A stretch of DNA of 64,000 nt. It comes from an uncultured Clostridia bacterium (lineage in GTDB: Bacteria; Bacillota; Clostridia; Christensenellales; CAG-138). The DNA is taken from assembly GCA_947168565.1 (NCBI GenBank), contig CAMVMM010000001.1, positions 78,717 through 142,716 on the forward strand, read 5' to 3'. Below are positions 57,413-64,000 of the stretch, piece after piece; position 1 is the first letter of the stretch, and every line of letters begins with the position of its first letter. Position numbers and translations under genes: made by a program. The notes beneath the pieces were generated by a model, which saw nothing but the letters and a program-made list of their open reading frames with translations, did not search any database and had not been told where the DNA came from.

Positions 57413-59668
57413 ATGTTTGCAAGGGTGATAGTTGACATTTCAAACACTAATGTGGACAGGCTTTTCACGTATTCGGTTCCGGAGCAGCTAAAGGTCGCCC
57501 CCGGTCAGCGCGTTCTCGTTCCTTTCGGACGCGGGAATAAGCCGATCGAGGGCTTTGTTATCGCGCTTTCGGATGAAAGCGGCACCTCCCACGCCGTGAA
57601 GCCCATCATAAGAACGCTTGAGCCGTACACCGTGCTTACAGCGGAGCAGCTCGGCCTTTCGGAATGGATCTGCTCCGCGTACCACTGCACCCGCGCCGAT
57701 TCGCTGCGCGGCATGATACCTGCCAAGCTTCGCGGGTCGAGGGTGAAGGAAAAAACCGTGCGGACGCTGCGGCTTTCACCAAGTGCGGACAGGAGTGAGT
57801 TTATCGCGGGAATCACGGCGAAGGACGGCGGCATAAAGGCGCCCAAGCAGCTTGAGGTATTCGACCTGCTGGATCATCCGAACGCGGAATACTCCTCGGC
57901 GGATATCTGCGCGTTCATTCCCGGCGCCTCCGCGGCGATCTCGGCGCTCGTTAAAAAGGGCGTTTTGATCGAGGCGGGGCGGGAAGCCTATCGCGATCCA
58001 TTCGCGGGAAGGGACGTTGAGCCGACCCTCCCCCTCCCCCTTTTGCCTGCGCAGGAGCAGGCGCTGAAGACAATCTGCACCGCAGAACCCGGCGAGGTGC
58101 TGCTTTTGCACGGCGTTACAGGCAGCGGCAAAACCGAGGTTTATATGCAGGCGATCTCCGCCGAGCTTGAGAAGGGGCGCGGCGCCATCGTGCTCGTGCC
58201 GGAGATATCGCTCACGCCGCAGACCACGGACAGGTTCCGGAGCCGTTTTGGGGATTCCGTTGCGGTGCTGCACAGCCATCTGAGCGACGGCGAGCGGTTT
58301 GACGAATGGCGGCGCATCCGCTTTTCCAAGGCCCGCGTGGTCATAGGCGCGCGCTCCGCCGTGTTTGCTCCGGTGGAGGAGCTTGGCATAATCATAATAG
58401 ACGAGGAGCATGAATCGAGCTATCAATCCGAGCTGACGCCCAAATACTCCGCGATAGAGGTTGCGCGGCGAAGAGCCCGCCTTACGGGCGCAAGGCTCGT
58501 GCTCGGCTCCGCCACGCCTTCTTTGACGAGCTATTACCGCGCAAAACGCGGAATGTATAAGCTTATAGAGCTGAAAGAGCGCATAAACGGCGACGCGATG
58601 CCGAGGGTGGATATAGTGGATATGCGCGCCGAATACCGCTCCGGAAACAACGGCATTTTTTCGGCTTTGCTGCGGGAAGCGCTTTCCGCCTGCCTTGAAA
58701 GAAAGGAGCAGGCGATACTGTTTTTAAACAGGCGCGGCTACTCCTCGCATGTTGAATGCCGTGCCTGCGGGTTTGTGTTCACTTGCGTCAGCTGCGATGT
58801 TGCAATGACGTATCACAAGTTTGATAACGTGCTGCGCTGCCATTACTGCGGCACGTCAAGCTGCGTGCCTAATAAATGCCCGAGCTGCGGCAGCGAATTC
58901 GTTAAGTTTTCCGGCATTGGAACGCAGCAGGTAGAGGAGCAGCTTCACGAGCTTTTCCCCTCGATCCGCACGCTTCGCATGGATACGGACACCACCGGCG
59001 GCAAAAATTCGCACCGCGATATTCTGGACTCCTTTACGCGCGGTGATGCGGACGTGCTGATCGGCACTCAAATGGTGGCGAAGGGACTGGACATACCGAA
59101 CGTGACGCTTGTGGGCGTTGTGTTTGCGGACTCAACGCTGTTTCATTCCGATTACCGAAGCAGTGAACGTACCTTTCAGCTTTTGACGCAGGTTGCGGGC
59201 AGAGCGGGCCGTGCGGACAAGGAGGGGCGCGTGGTGATCCAAACCAACGCGCCGGAGCACCGCGCCATCGCCCTTTGCACCAGACACGACTATAAAACCT
59301 TTTTCAACCTTGAAATAAAGGACAGGCTGCACACGCTCTTCCCCCCCTTCTCCGTTTTTGCGCGCGCACTTTTCACCTCAAAGAGCGAGGACGAGGCTGC
59401 GGAGGCTGCGGGAAGGTTCAGCGAAGGCGTGACGCAAAGAATACTCGGCGTTCTGACAGATTTTTCCGCACAGGACGAGCTGATATTCGTTATGCCCGGT
59501 GCCGCGCCAATACGCAAGCGCGAGGGCGAATACCGCTATGCCGTGATAATCAAGCTTGCCCGAACCGCGCATACCGCAAAAGCTATTGAGGCGATCTACG
59601 CCTATGCAAACGAAAAGCCGGAGGATGCGCTGCGCTCCATTGAGATAAATCCGCAGGATATGCTTTGA
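57413..59668 (+). CDS. priA: Primosomal protein N' (replication restart helicase PriA)
   Basis: 751 aa with GVTGSGKTEVY, IIDEEHE and a Cys-rich zinc region (CRACGFVFTCVSCDVAMTYH...CHYCG...CPSCGS). Confidence 0.95.
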   Translation: MFARVIVDISNTNVDRLFTYSVPEQLKVAPGQRVLVPFGRGNKPIEGFVIALSDESGTSHAVKPIIRTLEPYTVLTAEQLGLSEWICSAYHCTRADSLRGMIPAKLRGSRVKEKTVRTLRLSPSADRSEFIAGITAKDGGIKAPKQLEVFDLLDHPNAEYSSADICAFIPGASAAISALVKKGVLIEAGREAYRDPFAGRDVEPTLPLPLLPAQEQALKTICTAEPGEVLLLHGVTGSGKTEVYMQAISAELEKGRGAIVLVPEISLTPQTTDRFRSRFGDSVAVLHSHLSDGERFDEWRRIRFSKARVVIGARSAVFAPVEELGIIIIDEEHESSYQSELTPKYSAIEVARRRARLTGARLVLGSATPSLTSYYRAKRGMYKLIELKERINGDAMPRVDIVDMRAEYRSGNNGIFSALLREALSACLERKEQAILFLNRRGYSSHVECRACGFVFTCVSCDVAMTYHKFDNVLRCHYCGTSSCVPNKCPSCGSEFVKFSGIGTQQVEEQLHELFPSIRTLRMDTDTTGGKNSHRDILDSFTRGDADVLIGTQMVAKGLDIPNVTLVGVVFADSTLFHSDYRSSERTFQLLTQVAGRAGRADKEGRVVIQTNAPEHRAIALCTRHDYKTFFNLEIKDRLHTLFPPFSVFARALFTSKSEDEAAEAAGRFSEGVTQRILGVLTDFSAQDELIFVMPGAAPIRKREGEYRYAVIIKLARTAHTAKAIEAIYAYANEKPEDALRSIEINPQDML

Positions 59669-59702
59669 AAGGTGCCTCTATTGCAGTATCACTCCATTAA
59701 GC

Positions 59703-59736
59703 AAAAAAGCCCCGTGACAAGCGAGGCTTTTGTTAT
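59703..59736. terminator. Hairpin terminator between priA and the convergent glycan locus
   Basis: AAAAAAGCCCCG / CGAGGCTTTT stem (one mismatch) flanked by an A-run and a T-run. Confidence 0.55.
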
Positions 59737-59752
59737 TATAAAAAGTTAAAAC

Positions 59753-60727
59753 TCACAGATTTTCCTTATACCATTCGATAGCCGCCTTGATGCCGCGCTC
59801 AAAGCTCCAATCCGGGTCGTACCCCAAAAGGCGCTTCGCCTTTGAAATGTCGGCATTGCTGTGCTTTATATCGCCGGGGCGGTCGGGACCGAAATTGGGC
59901 TCAACGTCGATACCGAGCGCTTCGGTGAGGCCGTGATAAATATCCAGCAGGTATTCCCTGCCGCCGTAGGCAATGTTAAACGCCTGCCCCGCCGCCTCAT
60001 GGCCCGCCTTGCACGCCTTGAGGTTCGCTTCGATCACATTGTCTATATAAGTGAAATCGCGGCTCTGCATACCGTCGCCGTTTATGGTGGGCACCTCGCC
60101 GTGCAGGAGCTGGCGAATAAATTTGGGAATGACCGCGGCATAGGCGCCGTTCGGATCCTGCCGCCTGCCGAACACGTTGAAGTAGCGCAGGCCGTACGTA
60201 TCCAGCCCGTAATGCCTGGTGTACTGCTTGCCCCATTCCTCGTCGCACATTTTGGTTACGGCGTAGGGCGACAGAAGGTTGCCCTCCCTGCCCTCGGTTT
60301 TGGGAAGGTTGGGCTCATCGCCGTATACGGAGGAGCTCGAAGCGTAAACGAATTTTTTAACGCCGCACTGCCTTGCCGCCTCCATCATATTGAGGGTGCC
60401 GAGGATATTGTTTGCGCAATAAAAGAGCGGCATTTCGATCGAGCGCGGCACGGAGCCCCATGCCGCCTGGTTCAGAACGTAGTCCACTCCCTCGCACGCC
60501 TTCATGCAGGTGTCAAGATCCTTGATATCTCCTTTTATGAAGGTGAAGCGATCGTTTTCAAGGAAGGGTTCTATATTTTCGTAGTGACCGGTGCTGAGAT
60601 CGTCGAGACATCTCACCCTGCAGCCAAGCTCGAGTATCGCCTCGCAGAGATTGCTGCCGATAAAGCCGCAGCCGCCGGTAACAAGAAAGAGGGAATCCTT
60701 ATCAAATTCAATGCCCTGATAGCCCAT
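59753..60727 (-). CDS. NAD-dependent nucleotide-sugar epimerase (SDR; WbpP/TviC-like UDP-GlcNAc(A) 4-epimerase family)
   Basis: 324 aa with Rossmann motif TGGCGFIGSN, catalytic YAVTK and SSSSVYG. Confidence 0.8.
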   Translation of the reverse strand: MGYQGIEFDKDSLFLVTGGCGFIGSNLCEAILELGCRVRCLDDLSTGHYENIEPFLENDRFTFIKGDIKDLDTCMKACEGVDYVLNQAAWGSVPRSIEMPLFYCANNILGTLNMMEAARQCGVKKFVYASSSSVYGDEPNLPKTEGREGNLLSPYAVTKMCDEEWGKQYTRHYGLDTYGLRYFNVFGRRQDPNGAYAAVIPKFIRQLLHGEVPTINGDGMQSRDFTYIDNVIEANLKACKAGHEAAGQAFNIAYGGREYLLDIYHGLTEALGIDVEPNFGPDRPGDIKHSNADISKAKRLLGYDPDWSFERGIKAAIEWYKENL

Positions 60728-60774
60728 ACGATCTCCTTTTTGTTTAATTTATTATGCAGAAGCTCCGGCGCAGA

Positions 60775-61857
60775 TCACAGCAGCCCTCTTGTGCGCATAT
60801 CGAGCAGCGCGTTGAGCAGCGTGTCGTAATCCGATTTTTCAAGTGCGCCGATGTGACCGACCCTGAACACGGTGTCCTTCAATTCGCCGCCGTTCGGACA
60901 AACCCAGATATTGTATTCATCCTTCAGCGTGATGAAGATATCGTTTGCGGATTTGCCGTTTGTGGGCGAAAGCGAGGTTACCGCGTTCGGAAGGGAGGCT
61001 GAAACGAGCCTGAAGGGGAGATCAAGCTCCTTGATTCTGCTGCGGAAATACTCGGCAAGACCACCGATTCTGGCTATCTCGGATTCCACGCCGCCCGCCG
61101 CTTCGATTTCCTTCAGACGGACATTTATCTGCCTGAGCGTGCCGACGGCGGGAGTGAAGGGAGTCTGTCCGCGCTCTCCGTTTACAAGCGCAAGCTTAAG
61201 ATCGAGATACATCGTTTTGGGCTTATTTGCATAAACCCTCTCCACGGCCTTTTCGGAAAGCACGATGAGCGAGATGCCCGGCGGGCAGGCAAGCGCCTTT
61301 TGCGAGCCGGTGATCATCACCTGCACGTCCAGCTCCTTCATGTTGAAGGGATCGCAAAGGAAGGAGCTGATGGAGTCCACCACAAGGAAAATGCCGTTTC
61401 TTTTGCAGAAATCGGAGATAAGCCTGATATCGTAAAGCACGCCGACGGAGGTTTCGTCGAGGTTCACAAGGAAGCCGGTATAGCCCTTGCCGTCGTATTC
61501 CGCAAGCTGCTCCCCGCTTACGCCCTTTCCGAATTCCGGCTTTATAACGGTATGCGGTATCTCGTATATCTCAAGCAGCTCAACGAAGCGATGGCCGAAG
61601 CTGCCGCCGTCGATAACGAGAACCCTGTCCTTTTCGGTGAAAACATTGATAACGGCAGCCTCCATGGAAGCCGTCCCGGATCCTGTCATGAAGCAGACGC
61701 GGGCGTTTTCCTCCGCCCCCGCAAAGCGCTTCACGAGCGCCTCATTTTCAAGCATGACGGCGGAGAACTCGGGAGTGCGGAAATACGGCACCTGCTCCGC
61801 GCCTATCTCGCGGACCTTTTCGCCGGACATAACGGGACCGATGGTGAAATTAAGCAT
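60775..61857 (-). CDS. Class V aminotransferase (AGXT/PhnW-like), PLP-dependent
   Basis: 360 aa with MLNFTIGPV..., [12 protein letters not shown], and a DSISSF...TGSQKAL lysine motif. Confidence 0.75.
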   Translation of the reverse strand: MLNFTIGPVMSGEKVREIGAEQVPYFRTPEFSAVMLENEALVKRFAGAEENARVCFMTGSGTASMEAAVINVFTEKDRVLVIDGGSFGHRFVELLEIYEIPHTVIKPEFGKGVSGEQLAEYDGKGYTGFLVNLDETSVGVLYDIRLISDFCKRNGIFLVVDSISSFLCDPFNMKELDVQVMITGSQKALACPPGISLIVLSEKAVERVYANKPKTMYLDLKLALVNGERGQTPFTPAVGTLRQINVRLKEIEAAGGVESEIARIGGLAEYFRSRIKELDLPFRLVSASLPNAVTSLSPTNGKSANDIFITLKDEYNIWVCPNGGELKDTVFRVGHIGALEKSDYDTLLNALLDMRTRGLL

Positions 61858-61940
61858 AAAACTACCTCAGTAATCAGTAAATCAAACCTGATATTCAGTC
61901 CGAAGGACTGTTTTTCAGTTATACGGACAGAAAACGCCTA

Positions 61941-62714
61941 TCATTTCGTCTTAACTTCCTCAACATGATAGTTCGCGTTCAACGCCTCGTTTCGCTTTTC
62001 CTCCGGAGGAAACATCATATAATCATTATAGATCATAGTCAGGATCTTGTCGTAATTTCGCGGTATTCTGAGCTTGAAATCCGCGTAATCCACAAGGATC
62101 GTATCCTCCATATCCTCCTTGGGGTATGGGCGTCTGTAAGCAAATCTCGAATTGCCGCAGCCGAGAACCTTTGCGGTTTCATACGGATATTTTTTGTTTA
62201 GATGATCGTAAAATTTTGCAAGCGAACGATCGGAGATCATTGCTGTGGCAAGCTTGATGCGCTTTGCGCGCTTTCCCTTGCTTCCCTCGTATTCATAATT
62301 CCTTGCGCCGTATGCACCCACTACCTGCCTGACCCAATAGTACAGCCGCATCTGCTTTTTCAACGAATCCGGAAGTCCTATCAGAGGGAACACGTCTACG
62401 TGAAGCAATTTCGTTGAATAGTTTTTCAGCCCAACACGCGGGAACAAACGGATGTTTCGACCATTCTCACGATAGTCGACATAATACTCATCGGGCAGGT
62501 TCTCCTCCATTGCCCTGATAAAAGCATCCATCTGCGGCTCCGGCACGGCAATATCCACGTCGTGATCCCACGGTATAGTGTCATGATGCCGAACTGCGCC
62601 GAGCATGGTTCCGAACATACCGATATACGGGATGCCCTTCTCTTCGCAGATCCGGGCCACCTCCTTGAGCGCGGCTGTATTGTACTTTTGAAGTTCGCTT
62701 ATGGTAAGATCCAT
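61941..62714 (-). CDS. licD: LicD-family phosphotransferase (phosphocholine/phospho-alcohol transfer to glycans)
   Basis: 257 aa. GMFGTMLGAVRHHDTIPWDHDVDIAV matches the LicD signature. Confidence 0.8.
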   Translation of the reverse strand: MDLTISELQKYNTAALKEVARICEEKGIPYIGMFGTMLGAVRHHDTIPWDHDVDIAVPEPQMDAFIRAMEENLPDEYYVDYRENGRNIRLFPRVGLKNYSTKLLHVDVFPLIGLPDSLKKQMRLYYWVRQVVGAYGARNYEYEGSKGKRAKRIKLATAMISDRSLAKFYDHLNKKYPYETAKVLGCGNSRFAYRRPYPKEDMEDTILVDYADFKLRIPRNYDKILTMIYNDYMMFPPEEKRNEALNANYHVEEVKTK

Positions 62715-62738
62715 TTTTAGCTCCTTTTAAAATATTTA

Positions 62739-63986
62739 TTATGTATAAACGGTGTGCGGGATCGTTATCTCCTGCGGCATTTGATCGGTGCGGAATAAGG
62801 AATGATAATAATAGATCATAAGGATTATCCAAACCGGAAGCCTTCTGAGCAGGTCGCCTCCAAGCAGATAAATTAAGATCGGGATAGTGCCTGCCAAGGA
62901 TACTGGCGTTTTTAAAAGCTGCCTGAAGACCCTATAGAGAAAGAACAGGAAAACTCCAAGTCCGAGTAATCCGGATTGCAGCAGAACGGCAAGCAAGGTT
63001 TGATGCGCGTCATAGTAGCTTCCGGCGCTAACCTCAATATGGCTTGCAGGTCCAAATCCGATCAGAATGGATTTCGTTGACTTTTCAAGGGCCAATGAAT
63101 ACAATGAGCTTCGCGCACCATGACCATCGCGTTCGGCAAATGCGTCCACAAGCGCGTCTGCGACCTTGCCGTAATTCAAAAGAACCAGCACGGCGACTAA
63201 GGTTACGATCAGCAGAATAAGAATTCTTTTTTCTGTTTTTGGCAGTTCCAAAACCTTATATATTATTGCGATCGCGGCGGCGATCAACCCTAAAACCATG
63301 CCCATATCGTATTTATCGGATCCTATTTGAGAACCGATATACAGATTGGCGGCAGTCAAAGCAAGAATGATCAACTTTTGCAATATGCTGCGCTTCTCGG
63401 TGATCATAACAACGCCGAAAAAGGCGACAGGAGCAAGTATCATCGAAACCTGATGGATGTTATCGGCAAGCGGGCAAAACAATTTGCCGTAATACAGCAG
63501 ACGGATCCCAAACAGCGTAGACTGCGATCTTGATATAATATAAAGGATTATGAACGCAACGCTGAGCGAGTAGAAGCATAGATCCATAATCGTGCGCCAG
63601 TTCAAAGTATTCCGATCGTATGCCACGATACTGTCTATGCTCAACAGCGCCGCAAGCACCATAATGTATGAGAAAAGATTAAAAACCGCCGAAGAGGTTC
63701 GACCGCTGGGATCTCCTATAAGAATATGGACGGCCCAGGAAAAAAGCATGATAACAATGAGGATCAGGAAGCACTTTGAAAGGATGTAAAACTTAGGATT
63801 CTTGACCGAGTGCAGGATGCCCCCGGTATAGATCATTCCCAAAACAAAAAGTATTATAAAGCAGACCTCGGTAACTCCAAAGAAGGAGAACCGAAGCTTT
63901 GTAAACGGCGCAAAAAGTATCGACACAACTATAAGCGCCTCAAACAGATTCAGATTTTTTGTTATCCTGTAGCTCAATCGGATCAC
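62739..63986 (-). CDS. O-antigen polymerase/ligase-like (Wzy/WaaL family) polytopic membrane protein
   Basis: 415 aa with about 10-12 TM helices, a larger loop containing RDGHGARSSLYSLA, and an A+T-rich gene inside a glycan locus. Confidence 0.6.
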   Translation of the reverse strand: MIRLSYRITKNLNLFEALIVVSILFAPFTKLRFSFFGVTEVCFIILFVLGMIYTGGILHSVKNPKFYILSKCFLILIVIMLFSWAVHILIGDPSGRTSSAVFNLFSYIMVLAALLSIDSIVAYDRNTLNWRTIMDLCFYSLSVAFIILYIISRSQSTLFGIRLLYYGKLFCPLADNIHQVSMILAPVAFFGVVMITEKRSILQKLIILALTAANLYIGSQIGSDKYDMGMVLGLIAAAIAIIYKVLELPKTEKRILILLIVTLVAVLVLLNYGKVADALVDAFAERDGHGARSSLYSLALEKSTKSILIGFGPASHIEVSAGSYYDAHQTLLAVLLQSGLLGLGVFLFFLYRVFRQLLKTPVSLAGTIPILIYLLGGDLLRRLPVWIILMIYYYHSLFRTDQMPQEITIPHTVYT

Positions 63987-64000
63987 CCGCTTTGCTTCGG

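Overview
This 64 kb window looks like a chromosomal segment of a high-G+C, endospore-forming Firmicute (Clostridia-like). That assignment is inferred from gene content only. Most of it is conserved housekeeping and sporulation synteny, mainly on the minus strand.

Gene order:
- 1-10.9 kb: leuS (partial, with a Leu T-box leader), lgt, recO, a yqzL-like gene, era, ybeY-cdd (fused), a pgpH-like gene, phoH, yqfD, yqfC.
- 13.3-17 kb: an operon of an unknown membrane-anchored ORF, radA and a WYL regulator.
- 17.1-18.5 kb: spoIVB.
- 18.6-23.1 kb: an envelope-related cluster with two tandem signal peptidase I genes (one catalytically degenerate), an 812-aa polytopic protein and a 204-aa anchored protein.
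- 23.5-40.2 kb: recN, nadK, tlyA, dxs, ispA, xseB, xseA, folD, a TsaD/Kae1-like gene, nusB, the asp23 cluster and the complete spoIIIAA-AH operon.
- 41-48.3 kb: pgeF, nrdR, asnS, an AGCS symporter, an APH-like kinase and malQ.
- 48.8-54 kb: an isolated GyrB/ParE-type topoisomerase B subunit next to a 1068-aa SNF2 helicase.
- 54.1-59.7 kb: PHP-family hisK, rpsU, yicC, gmk, rpoZ, priA.
- 59.7-64 kb: the start of a surface-glycan locus (epimerase, class V aminotransferase, licD, wzy-like) that looks more A+T-rich by eye.

I found no rRNA, tRNA, CRISPR array, transposase or integrase. Three real genes are missing from the supplied ORF track: leuS (runs off the window edge), rpsU (56 aa) and a 54-aa spoIIIAF-like ORF. 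Many long ORFs in the track are antisense artefacts of the high G+C content.

No clear novel system is evident. The best candidates for follow-up are:
- the radA-WYL operon;
- the active plus dead signal peptidase pair with the large membrane protein;
- the stand-alone SNF2 helicase module beside an orphan topoisomerase B subunit;
- a structured leader upstream of the AGCS symporter;
- the licD/aminotransferase glycan locus.

All functional calls come from motif recognition by eye and remembered family knowledge. None was confirmed by a search.
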